DNA of 53,267 nt, the filler included, from Spirochaetales bacterium (lineage in GTDB: Bacteria; Spirochaetota; Spirochaetia; Treponematales; UBA12059), in the NCBI GenBank assembly GCA_016928955.1. It is 3 parts of 3 records of this genome, joined end to end, with 100 filler letters (N's around TTAATTAATTAA, not from the genome) between each part and the next. Parts side by side here need not be neighbours in the genome. Positions count along the whole stretch, not along the records: positions 1 to 21,397 come from JAFGJV010000031.1; 2 more parts are not named here. One strand, given 5' to 3'. This document shows, piece by piece, positions 1 through 8,202 of the stretch; the stretch's first letter is position 1, and each line of letters opens with the position of its first letter. The notes under the pieces are model-generated. The model did not search any database and was not told the origin of the DNA. It worked only from the letters and a program-made list of their open reading frames with translations. The translations under genes were made by a program, and so were the position numbers.

Positions 1-87
1 CCTCTGAGTTCTCGACAAACCCATGGAAGACCGGATCGGCCCACCGCTTCAAGCCCCACCAATTTACAGAAAGAACTTTACACTACC
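1..87 (+). mobile_element. Probable right end (terminal inverted repeat) of an IS256-family insertion sequence; the rest lies outside the window
   Basis: 61-87 AATTTACAGAAAGAACTTTACACTACC (reverse complement GGTAGTGTAAAGTTCTTTCTGTAAATT) resembles IS256-family terminal repeats as I recall them. No transposase or partner repeat is visible. Confidence 0.4.
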
Positions 88-93
88 CGAAAC

Positions 94-240
94 ATAGTAA
101 GGATACGGCTCGTAGATAGTAAGGAATTTTACAATTACATAGTAAGGATTTTGGGATTTATATAGTAAGGATTTTTGCGAATACATAGTAAGGATTCTGG
201 CATGTGCATAGTAAGGATACGTCCAGCAGATAGTACGGAT
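94..240 (+). repeat. Phased direct-repeat array: 7 x ATAGTAAGGA(T), period 22-23 bp, with 12-13 nt variable spacers
   Basis: Copies start at 94, 116, 139, 162, 185, 208 and 230 (last copy ATAGTACGGA). The region is AT-rich and lacks a credible ORF. Confidence 0.95.
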
Positions 241-406
241 GAAGGAGTGCATCCGTGGTTAGTCTTTTGGGGAGTGGCGCCTAGGAAAATCGCCTGATAG
301 CTCTACGGTTTTTTCGTTTTTCTTCAATATATAGACCTTTCCTTGCGGAACCCCGTGTGGCTGGCCCAGCCGCGGCGCGTTTCAATTACTGAAAAACCGT
401 TTCATC

Positions 407-435
407 TTGACACGGAAAATGCGGCGTGCTTTGAT
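407..435 (+). promoter_or_regulatory. Putative sigma70 promoter of the dehydrogenase operon
   Basis: TTGACA (407-412), 17 bp, then TTTGAT (430-435) preceded by TG; ATG at 458. Confidence 0.4.
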
Positions 436-457
436 GGGAGTACACATCGGAGTACGC

Positions 458-2539
458 ATGAACCGTATCGACCAGCATCCCGTCATAGACCAGAAGCCGC
501 CCCGGAAAACCGTCGAATTCCTCTTCGACGGGGCGGCCATGACCGGCTTCGAGGGCGAGGCCGTCAGCTCGGCCCTGTTCGCCAACGGCGTCAAGAAATT
601 CTCCGAGCACGCCAAAGACGGCGCGCCCCAGGGCATATTCTGCGCCAACGGCCAGTGCAGCCAGTGCTCGCTGATCGTGGACGGCATCCTCCGCAAGGCC
701 TGCGTTACGCCCCTGCGCGCCGGCATGGACCTGCGCACCGTGCGCGGCCTGCCCGAGCTCCCCGCGGACGACAGCCCGGCCCGGCCCACCGAGGTGCGGC
801 GCCTGTCCTGCCAGGTTTTGGTCATAGGCGGGGGGCCGTCGGGCCTGGCGGCGGCGGCCGAGCTGGCGGAGCGCGGCTTTGACGTGATCCTTGCGGACGA
901 CAAAGAGGAGCTCGGCGGCAAGCTCGTCCTCCAGACCCACAAGTTCTTCGGGTCGGAGGAAGACTGCTACGCGGGCACGCGCGGCTACGAGATAGCCCGC
1001 ATCCTTGAGCGCAAGGTTCGCTCCTACCCCAACGTGCGCATCCTGGCCAACTCGCCCGTGCTGGGCGTGTACAAGGACCGTTCGGCCGGCGTGTACGAGG
1101 GCTATTCCAGGTACATTCTGGTGGACTTCCAGGCCCTGGTGGTGGCGGCCGGCGCCCGCGAGCGTTCCCTGGTATTTCCCGGCAACGACCTGCCCGGCGT
1201 GTACGGGGCCGGCGCCTTCCAGACCCTGGTAAACCGCGACCTGGTGCGCGCCGCGCGCAAGGTGTTCGTGATCGGCTCGGGCAACGTGGGCCTCATCGGC
1301 TCGTACCACGCCCTGCAGGCCGGCATCCAGGTGGCCGGCATTTGCGAGATCCTTCCCAAGGTGAACGGCTACAAGGTCCACGCAGACAAGATCATACGCA
1401 TGGGCGTGCCCATCCACCTGTCCACCACCGTCCTGTCCGTGGAGGGAGACGGCAAGGTTGAGCGCGTCACCGTGGCCGCTGTTGACAAGGACTGGCAGCC
1501 CCTTCTGGACACGGCCCGCACCTACGAGGTGGACACGGTCCTGGTGGCCACGGGCCTGTCGCCCTGCGACGAGTTCTACCGCCAGGCCGTATCCTTTGGC
1601 TTCACGGCCGTCAGGGCCGGCGACGCCGAGGAGATAGCCGAGGCGTCCAGCGCCATGTTCGGCGGCAAGATAGCCGCCCTGGCCCTGGCCAAGATGCTGG
1701 GCAAGGACGTCAGCATAGACCAGGCCTGGCTGGACAAGCGCGAGGTGCTCAAGAGTCGCCCGGGCGACATCATCGAGCGAGAGAGCGTGGAGCCCGGCCC
1801 CGAGTGGCGGCCGGTGTTCTTCTGCACGGAGGAAATACCGTGCAACCCCTGCACCACCGTGTGTCCCACGCACAGCATACAGCTGGCGCCGCGCAAGGGA
1901 TCCATCATGGACCTGCCCTATTTCCACGGCACCTGCAAGGGCTGTTCGTCCTGCGTGGCCGCCTGCCCCGGCCTGGCCATATCCCTGGTGCGCTCCGCAG
2001 GCGGCGGCGTGGCCGAGGTCCAGCTGCCCTTCGAGTTCGACGCAAGCGCCTGGGAACCCGGCACAAAACTTCCGCTTTTGGACCAGGACGGCGCCTTTGT
2101 TACCGACGGCGAGCTTGTGAAGAAATTCTACAATAAAAAATACCGGACCTGGGTGCTTACCCTCAAGGCGCCAGCGGACAAGGCCGCCAAGGTCATAGGC
2201 ATCCGCGTCCAGCCTGAGGAGGCCACCCGGCCCCTGCCCCAGGCCCGCTACAGCTACCTGCCGGACAACGCCATCGTGTGCCGCTGCGAACGCGTCACCG
2301 TGGGGGACATCGTGTCGTTCATCCGGGAAAACAACGTGCGCGACATCAACCAGCTCAAGACCATACGCGTGGGCATGGGCGCCTGCGGGTCCAAGACCTG
2401 CTCGACCCTCCTGCCGCAGGTGTTCCGCAAGGCCGGCGTGGATCCCGCCACCGTGACCGCGGGCACGCTCCGTCCCCTCATGCTGGAAGCCGGCATGGGC
2501 GAACTGGTCAACGAAAGCTCGGGGGGAAGCGACAAATGA
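458..2539 (+). CDS. Multidomain FAD/Fe-S oxidoreductase, sarcosine oxidase alpha / dye-linked proline dehydrogenase alpha-like (2Fe-2S + FAD/NAD + ferredoxin + BFD-like 2Fe-2S)
   Basis: Motifs FCANGQCSQC, VIGGGPSG, VIGSGNVG, CTEEIPCNPCTTVCP, CKGCSSCVAACP and CRCE...GACGSKTC. Start moved to ATG 458 after GGAG. Confidence 0.85.
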   Translation: MNRIDQHPVIDQKPPRKTVEFLFDGAAMTGFEGEAVSSALFANGVKKFSEHAKDGAPQGIFCANGQCSQCSLIVDGILRKACVTPLRAGMDLRTVRGLPELPADDSPARPTEVRRLSCQVLVIGGGPSGLAAAAELAERGFDVILADDKEELGGKLVLQTHKFFGSEEDCYAGTRGYEIARILERKVRSYPNVRILANSPVLGVYKDRSAGVYEGYSRYILVDFQALVVAAGARERSLVFPGNDLPGVYGAGAFQTLVNRDLVRAARKVFVIGSGNVGLIGSYHALQAGIQVAGICEILPKVNGYKVHADKIIRMGVPIHLSTTVLSVEGDGKVERVTVAAVDKDWQPLLDTARTYEVDTVLVATGLSPCDEFYRQAVSFGFTAVRAGDAEEIAEASSAMFGGKIAALALAKMLGKDVSIDQAWLDKREVLKSRPGDIIERESVEPGPEWRPVFFCTEEIPCNPCTTVCPTHSIQLAPRKGSIMDLPYFHGTCKGCSSCVAACPGLAISLVRSAGGGVAEVQLPFEFDASAWEPGTKLPLLDQDGAFVTDGELVKKFYNKKYRTWVLTLKAPADKAAKVIGIRVQPEEATRPLPQARYSYLPDNAIVCRCERVTVGDIVSFIRENNVRDINQLKTIRVGMGACGSKTCSTLLPQVFRKAGVDPATVTAGTLRPLMLEAGMGELVNESSGGSDK

Positions 2540-3690
2540 ACACCTGCGACGTACTGATCATAGGCGCCGGCTCGGTAGGCGTGCCCCTGGCCCTGTACTG
2601 CGCCGAGCGCGGCCTACGCACCGTGGTGCTGGACAAGGAAGCGTCCTGGGGCCGCGGCCAGAACCGGGCGGCCATAGGCGGCATACGCGCCACCCACTCC
2701 GATCCCGCCAAGATCAAGATCAGCCAGGAGTCCATACGCATCGTGCGCGCCCTCCAGGAGGAGCGCGGCATAGACGTGGAATGGCGCTCGGGCGGCTACC
2801 TCTTTGTTGCCTACGACGCCGAGCGGGAGCGCGCCTTCCGCGACCTCCTCTGTATACAGAAAAAAGCCGGGCTGGACATAGACTGGATAAGCCCCGAGCG
2901 CGTGCGCGAGCTGGCACCCGGCATCAACATGGACGGGCTTCGGGGCGGCACCTACAGTCCCGGCGACGGCTACGCCAGCCCCCTCATGACCAACACGGCC
3001 TTCCACCGCCTGGCCATGGAGGCGGGCGCCCAGTTCCGCTTTGGCGAGCGCGTTTTGTCCATGGATGTGGCGGCGGGAAACGTGGCATCCGTGCGCACGG
3101 ACAAGGACCAGTACTCAGCCGGCGTGGTGGTCAACGCCGCCGGGGCGGACGCGGCCGAACTGGCCAGCCTGGTCGACCTGGAAATACCCGTGCACCCCGA
3201 CTGCCACGAGGCGGGCGTCACCGAACCCGTGGCCCGCTTCATGGAGCCCATGCTGGTGGACATCCGCCCGGACAACGAATCCGGCAACTACTATTTCTAC
3301 CAGGCCGAAACCGGCCAGGTAGTCTTCTGCATAACGCCCAAACCCCAGGTGTGGGGCAAGGACACGGACACCACCTCAGGCTTCCTGCCCCTGGTGCTCA
3401 GGCGCATGATAGAGCTGTACCCGCGCCTGCGGAACCTCAAGGTGCGCCGCACCTGGCGGGGCATGTATCCCATGACGCCGGACGGCCTACCCATCGTGGG
3501 CTATCCGCGCGAGCTGTCCAACTTCCTCCTGGCCGTGGGTATGTGCGGCCAGGGCTTCATGCTCGGCCCGGGCCTGGGCCGCGTCCTGTCCGGCCTCATA
3601 GCGGACGGCTCGCTTAAGAGCGCTGACCGCCACATCCTGGACGAGCTCACCCTCTACCGCAAGTTCGAGGGCATGGAGATGCTCAAGTAG
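2536..3690 (+). CDS. DAO-family FAD-dependent oxidoreductase (sarcosine oxidase beta / proline dehydrogenase beta-like)
   Basis: IIGAGSVG, TPDGLPIVG and GMCGQGFMLGP motifs; ATGA overlap with the upstream gene. Confidence 0.88.
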   Translation: MNTCDVLIIGAGSVGVPLALYCAERGLRTVVLDKEASWGRGQNRAAIGGIRATHSDPAKIKISQESIRIVRALQEERGIDVEWRSGGYLFVAYDAERERAFRDLLCIQKKAGLDIDWISPERVRELAPGINMDGLRGGTYSPGDGYASPLMTNTAFHRLAMEAGAQFRFGERVLSMDVAAGNVASVRTDKDQYSAGVVVNAAGADAAELASLVDLEIPVHPDCHEAGVTEPVARFMEPMLVDIRPDNESGNYYFYQAETGQVVFCITPKPQVWGKDTDTTSGFLPLVLRRMIELYPRLRNLKVRRTWRGMYPMTPDGLPIVGYPRELSNFLLAVGMCGQGFMLGPGLGRVLSGLIADGSLKSADRHILDELTLYRKFEGMEMLK

Positions 3691-3864
3691 AGGGGGGCGT
3701 CACTCTACGCGCACGGCCGCCCTGGCCAGACACGCCCCCCAGCCCGAGCCTCGCCGGCGAGCGCCGGTTCGCGTCTCGGGCTCCCCCGGCACAAAATGGC
3801 GCTCCTGCGGCTTTCATGCTATACTGCGTCATCATCCCCAATTACCGTACCCAAGAGGAACAGC

Positions 3865-4614
3865 ATGGCCAACGCTAAAAAACCACCCGTCAAACGCACC
3901 ATAGTCCGCGTCGCAGACGCGGCCGGCTCGGGCTCCGCCGATCCCGCCGAACGCTCGGCGGCCAGAGGCGCCGTCAAGGCCAAGGCCGGCCCCAAGCGCC
4001 TGGGAGCCGTCATACTCTGGATCCTGGCCCTGGCCGCGGAAGCCGCCGTGATCATGCTCCTCGGCGGATATCTGTACCTGCCCATGGATCCCACGATCTG
4101 GCTCATAGGCGGCATCGTCCTGGATCTGGTACTGGTCGTTATCGGCTCGCTTTTATGGAAGAAAGCCAACGACCTGGACCCGCCGTCCGGCAAGAACAAG
4201 CTCAGGTTCTTCCTGTGGAACAACATGGGCGTGATCGTGGCCGTGCTGGCCTTCTTCCCGCTCATCATAATCCTCCTGCGCGACAAGAAGCTGGATCCCA
4301 AGCTCAAGCGCATAGCATCCATCGCGGCCGTGGTCGCCCTGGCCATAGCCGGGCTCTTCTCATACGACTGGAACCCCGTGTCCGCCGAACAGCAAGCGTC
4401 CCTGCAGGACAGCCTGAGCGGCCAGCTGGTGTACTGGACGCCGTTCGGCACGCGCTTCCATGTTGATCCCAACTGCCCCACCCTGTCCCGCTCGGCCACC
4501 GTGTACGAAGGCACCATAGACCAGGCTTTTGAGGCCAACCGCGGCACGCCCTGCCAGGTGTGCTCGTCCGAGTACGAGGTTCAGCTGGACGGCAGTCCGT
4601 CCACCCAGCCCTGA
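3865..4614 (+). CDS. Four-TM membrane protein with a C-terminal putative metal-binding domain
   Basis: GAGGA RBS and ATG 3865; four hydrophobic segments; C-terminal VYWT..G..FH...C...PCQVC; extended -10 TGcTATACT at 3817-3825. Confidence 0.75.
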   Translation: MANAKKPPVKRTIVRVADAAGSGSADPAERSAARGAVKAKAGPKRLGAVILWILALAAEAAVIMLLGGYLYLPMDPTIWLIGGIVLDLVLVVIGSLLWKKANDLDPPSGKNKLRFFLWNNMGVIVAVLAFFPLIIILLRDKKLDPKLKRIASIAAVVALAIAGLFSYDWNPVSAEQQASLQDSLSGQLVYWTPFGTRFHVDPNCPTLSRSATVYEGTIDQAFEANRGTPCQVCSSEYEVQLDGSPSTQP

Positions 4615-4637
4615 GCCGGGCGCAACGCCAAGCAACG

Positions 4638-4670
4638 CAAAAAGCCCCCGCGCCATGCGGGGGCTTTTTG
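4638..4670. terminator. Bidirectional intrinsic terminator
   Basis: CAAAAAGCCCCCGC-gccat-GCGGGGGCTTTTTG between convergent genes. Confidence 0.9.
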
Positions 4671-4701
4671 TATGGTACGCGGTACCGCGCTTGTCCCGCC
4701 C

Positions 4702-5706
4702 TTACAGGGGCCGCACGGGCTCGCATATGTCCACCACAAACTTGCCCTCGGGGTGGTGGGCGGGGTCCGTGATGTACACCTCGTAGCACAGCCGGTCGTC
4801 GGGCTGGTAACCCGAGCTTGGAAACCATTCGCCCATGAGGGCGTCCCAGGCCTGGCCGAACTGGCTGGCTTCAATGGTGAAATGACCCACGGCGAACTTT
4901 CCGCCGGGCACTTTCATCAAGGCTATGTCACCGCCCACTTCCGTGCCGTCGGGCACCGTTACGCACGCGCTGGAACGCAGCTTGTCCGCAGGCGTCAGGT
5001 CCGGGTCGTCGTGGTAGACGGCCAGATGCACGGTAGCGTCGTTCATCACATTCCTTGGACCCGCCCAGCGGTACAAGCGGTCAAAGGCCTCGCCCACCTG
5101 GTTGTACGGACCCGTGTGCCGGGCGTAGGCCACCAGGTATTCGGGCCGTTCCATCACGTCCACCGTAAACGCTAGCTTCTCCATAGTCGTCCTCCTTGGG
5201 ATGGCGCTTATGGGTAGAGCATACCGGTCCCCGGCCGCTGGCGCTTGCCCGCCGTTGTTTCCTGTTTGTCCGTCCTTGCCGTCCGCTTGACTATCCTTGC
5301 TCCCAGCCTCGATGGCCAGCCTGGTCGATCGCAGGGCCTCGTGCATGGACTGGCTGTCCAGCTCCCGGAACGCTGACGGCGACATGCCAAAACGCTCGCG
5401 GAAGGCGCGGGAGAACACGCTGGAACCGGAAAAGCCGCTGGCCAGGGCTATGTCGGTCAGGCTCATGGACGGGGAATTCTTGAGAAAGCCCGCAGCCCTG
5501 GCCAGGCGCAGGCGCCTCACGAACTCCGCGGGAGTCTCGCCCGTCATGGCGGCAAAGAGCCTATGGAAGTGGAAGCGGCTGAAGCACGCCGCGTCGGCCA
5601 TCTGGGCAAGGTCAAAGTCCCGGCCGCAATTCCGGTAGGCGAAGTCCATGGCCCTGTTCATGCGAGCCTCGTATTCCCTGCGCAGGTAACTGGACCGGGA
5701 TTCCAT
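4702..5706 (-). CDS. AraC-family regulator with C-terminal GyrI-like effector domain
   Basis: N-terminal double HTH (ACFSRFHFHRLF, SGFSGSSVFSRAFRERFGMSP); C-terminal GyrI-like domain (RHTGPY, VPGGKFAV, YEVY). GGAGGT RBS before ATG 5706. Confidence 0.92.
   Translation of the reverse strand: MESRSSYLRREYEARMNRAMDFAYRNCGRDFDLAQMADAACFSRFHFHRLFAAMTGETPAEFVRRLRLARAAGFLKNSPSMSLTDIALASGFSGSSVFSRAFRERFGMSPSAFRELDSQSMHEALRSTRLAIEAGSKDSQADGKDGQTGNNGGQAPAAGDRYALPISAIPRRTTMEKLAFTVDVMERPEYLVAYARHTGPYNQVGEAFDRLYRWAGPRNVMNDATVHLAVYHDDPDLTPADKLRSSACVTVPDGTEVGGDIALMKVPGGKFAVGHFTIEASQFGQAWDALMGEWFPSSGYQPDDRLCYEVYITDPAHHPEGKFVVDICEPVRPL
5182..5301 (-). promoter_or_regulatory. Putative intragenic promoter with three 21-bp operator-like repeats, RBS and in-frame ATG inside the AraC linker
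   Basis: Minus-strand repeats at 5301-5281, 5280-5260 and 5259-5239; TATGCT at 5223-5218; AAGGAGG six nt before the in-frame ATG at 5184. Confidence 0.55.
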
Positions 5707-5750
5707 GCATACCTCCGCTCCCAGTATACACAAGCGCCAGGGTGGATTCA

Positions 5751-5873
5751 AAGACGAATTAGGACAGGATACAGAGGATTATGCAGGATGAACAGGATGG
5801 GGATACAAAGAGAATACCTCCCCCAGCTCTTATCCTGTCAATCCTCTTCCATCCTGTTATCCTGTCCTCATTA
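5751..5873. repeat. Imperfect palindromic unit built from (A)CAGGAT / ATCCTG(T) submotifs; left border of the TA cassette
   Basis: Left arm AGGACAGGATACAGAGGAT...AACAGGAT; right arm ATCCTGTCAATCC...ATCCTGTTATCCTGTCCT. Both arms recur at 6587-6640. Confidence 0.8.
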
Positions 5874-5906
5874 CCTGTGTAACGGAATCAGTATAAAACC
5901 CGGGGC

Positions 5907-6224
5907 TCAGTCTTCCACGAACAATCCGAGCTTCACGAACTTTTTCATAAGCTCATACACGTCTTTTTTGTCTCCCTCTTTCCGTATTCCAATCGCTACC
6001 ACTATCACGATCACCTCACGCTTGATAACCTTATAGATGATCCGGTATCGTTGTCCGACCGACCTTATAGACCTGAATTCTTTCAGGTTTCCTTTTAACT
6101 GCTTCCCCACTTCCAAGGGTGTGCGTTTCAACACCTCTATTTTTTCTAGAACCTGCTCTCTCGCCTTGCCATCCAGCTTCCGGAGAAACTGCGCGGATAT
6201 TTCGGTAAGCTTTATCGCATACAT
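5907..6224 (-). CDS. Type II TA toxin, RelE/ParE superfamily
   Basis: ~105 aa basic protein with GKQLKGNLKEFRSIR, YRIIYKV and VAIGIRK motifs; overlaps the antitoxin stop. Start is 6224 or 6227. Confidence 0.9.
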   Translation of the reverse strand: MYAIKLTEISAQFLRKLDGKAREQVLEKIEVLKRTPLEVGKQLKGNLKEFRSIRSVGQRYRIIYKVIKREVIVIVVAIGIRKEGDKKDVYELMKKFVKLGLFVED

Positions 6225-6484
6225 CACAGGCTCTTTTTGAAATCCTCAAGGTCCACCAGCTTTTTTTCCTGAAGCTGCCTGAGGCCTTTTTTTAAGTCGC
6301 GCAACAAGTCCTCGTCGGTGAGTATTTCCAGCGTTTCATGGATGCTCTCATAGGTATCCCATTTCATCAGCGCGAATACTTCCCGTCCGTGGTTGGTTAT
6401 TGAGATGGTATCATCAAAACCTAGTTCCTTCTCCAAAGAGGTGATTTTTTTCCTTGTTTCCGTGATCGTCATTTCCGTGACCAT
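6224..6484 (-). CDS. Type II TA antitoxin, Phd/YefM family
   Basis: ITETRK, ISITNHGREVFALM and YESIHETLEIL motifs; AAGGAG RBS; lies upstream of the toxin. Confidence 0.9.
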   Translation of the reverse strand: MVTEMTITETRKKITSLEKELGFDDTISITNHGREVFALMKWDTYESIHETLEILTDEDLLRDLKKGLRQLQEKKLVDLEDFKKSL

Positions 6485-6506
6485 GGCATGGCTCCTTCCA
6501 TGGTTT

Positions 6507-6549
6507 ACGATACTGTTTACTGTACAGTATTGTCAACTTTATTTGTACA
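6507..6549 (-). promoter_or_regulatory. TA promoter with palindromic operator (TGTACA cores)
   Basis: TTGACA (6536-6531) and TATCGT (6512-6507). Palindrome TACTGTACAGTA at 6518-6529 sits in the spacer; second TGTACA at 6544-6549. TGTACA is the core of E. coli yefM-yoeB operators. Confidence 0.7.
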
Positions 6550-6586
6550 TTTTACGATCTTTGAGGCCGCCGACAGGATCGCTCGG

Positions 6587-6640
6587 CATCCTGTTATCCT
6601 GTCCTCATTATTTATGAAGACGAATCAGGACAGGATACAG
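6587..6640. repeat. Second copy of the palindromic-unit arms; right border of the TA cassette
   Basis: 6587-6610 is identical to 5850-5873 (24 bp). 6617-6640 matches 5751-5774 at 23/24. Confidence 0.85.
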
Positions 6641-6648
6641 GGGGATGC

Positions 6649-8049
6649 TCAGGCGACCTGGGGTTTCTTGGCCAGGTTTACCACCCAGCGTTCCTTGCGG
6701 AGCCAGCGCTGGGCCACGTACCACTTGGCAAAATCGCTCAGCTTGAGGATGGCGTACATGACCACCGGCCCCACGGGAGTGAGCAGGGCCAGGGCAAAGG
6801 CTCCGGGTATGAACAGGGTGTAGGTGACGCCCACGTCCACGGCCACGCCCATCATCATGTCGCCGCCCGAGCGGGCCACGGCGAACTGCGCGTTGAGGAG
6901 GCTCCACAGGGGCAGGTAGACCGATATGACGACGATGAGGCCGCTGGTCACGGCGGTGGCCTCCCGGGTCAGGTTCATGAATACCAAAGGCACGGCCAGG
7001 AGGCTGGCCGTCTGTATGGCGCCCAGCACGGCCCCAGCCACCACCGAACCGCTCATCATCCAACGCGCTTTCTGCCTGGCTTCGTCCAGCCGGTCGGCGC
7101 CCAGGGCCCCGCCTATGACCACGCCGGTGGCCACGTGGATGCCGGTGAACACCAGGAAGAATATGTTGGCTATGGCCCAGCCGGCCGACATGCCGGCCAC
7201 CACCTCCGCGCCGCCCCGGCCGTTGTACAGGGCGGTGGTCACGGTCTCCGATACCACCCAGCTGGCTTCCGACAGGACCATGAGGCCTGACTTGCGGAGT
7301 ATCTCCAGGAACAAAGGCCAGCGGGCGGCCAGGAGCTTTGACAGGGGCACGTGGAAACCGGGCTTGTCTATGGCCTTGTACAGCATGAAGGCGCCAAACT
7401 CCGCGGCGCGCGCCACGTTGGTGGCCAGGGCTGCGCCCATGACGCCCAGGCGGGGCGCGCCCAGGTTGCCGTATATCCACACCCAGTTGAGAAAGGTGTT
7501 CACGAGCGTGGCGCACACCGATATGGCAAGGGGCACCTTGGGCCGGCCTATCTCGCGGTATGCCGAGCCCACCGACTGTGACAGGGCCATGGGGAGGAAG
7601 AGCCAGGACACCGTGCGCAGGTACTCGCCGCCCAGGGCGATGATCTCGTGGCGGGCGCTGTTGCCCAGGGTCATCACGCCTATGAGGCTCTCGGGCATGA
7701 TCTGGCAGATGGCCATGTACAGGGCGGACAGGCCCAGGGTCATGATGGCCTTGAAGCGGAAAGCCTGGCGCATGCCCTCGTGGTCGCCGGCGCCCCTGTA
7801 TTGGGACATGTACACGCCGCCCGCGCCGGACAGGGTAAAGGTGAGCACAAAGTATATGAAGTTCACCTGGTTGGCCACGTTGACGGCCGCCATGCTGGCG
7901 TCGCCCAAACCTGCCACCATGAAATTGTCTATCAGCGACACGAGGCTCTGGATCAACTGCTGGGCCATGACGGGCAGGGCCACGGCCAGGGCTTCCCGGT
8001 AGAACGACGCCGGGCCAAAGAACGACTGCCTTCCATATAAAGACTTCAT
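6649..8049 (-). CDS. MATE-family efflux transporter
   Basis: 466 aa, about 12 TM segments, ALPVMAQQ...DNFMV and LGAPRLGVMGAALAT signatures. Confidence 0.92.
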   Translation of the reverse strand: MKSLYGRQSFFGPASFYREALAVALPVMAQQLIQSLVSLIDNFMVAGLGDASMAAVNVANQVNFIYFVLTFTLSGAGGVYMSQYRGAGDHEGMRQAFRFKAIMTLGLSALYMAICQIMPESLIGVMTLGNSARHEIIALGGEYLRTVSWLFLPMALSQSVGSAYREIGRPKVPLAISVCATLVNTFLNWVWIYGNLGAPRLGVMGAALATNVARAAEFGAFMLYKAIDKPGFHVPLSKLLAARWPLFLEILRKSGLMVLSEASWVVSETVTTALYNGRGGAEVVAGMSAGWAIANIFFLVFTGIHVATGVVIGGALGADRLDEARQKARWMMSGSVVAGAVLGAIQTASLLAVPLVFMNLTREATAVTSGLIVVISVYLPLWSLLNAQFAVARSGGDMMMGVAVDVGVTYTLFIPGAFALALLTPVGPVVMYAILKLSDFAKWYVAQRWLRKERWVVNLAKKPQVA

Positions 8050-8202
8050 GGAGCGGAAGGCTAGTCCGGAAAGCGGTTTCGAGGCAATGGGGACGCGCGT
8101 CTACGGTCGGGTATAACTAATTTTTCCGGCTTGCGTGTTAGCAATACGCGTGCTACCTTCAGCCTACGCCACGCGAAACCGGTGGCGCATTGGAGGATAC
8201 TC

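Noticed and set aside
94..240. CRISPR array
   Set aside because: The 10-11 bp repeat and 12-13 bp spacers are far below CRISPR sizes, and no cas genes are in the window. Kept as a phased repeat array.
64..252. 62-aa minus-strand ORF with repeated PYY
   Set aside because: The peptide repeat is a by-product of the DNA array; the 22-23 bp period is not a multiple of 3 and there is no RBS.
5751..5873. Integron attC site
   Set aside because: No clear RYYYAAC...GTTRRRY pairing and no integrase in the window. Reported only as a cassette-like border.
8139..8155. TAGCA-N7-TGCTA palindrome as a CIRCE/HrcA site
   Set aside because: Arms and spacing do not match TTAGCACTC-N9-GAGTGCTAA. It may be another operator but is unsupported.
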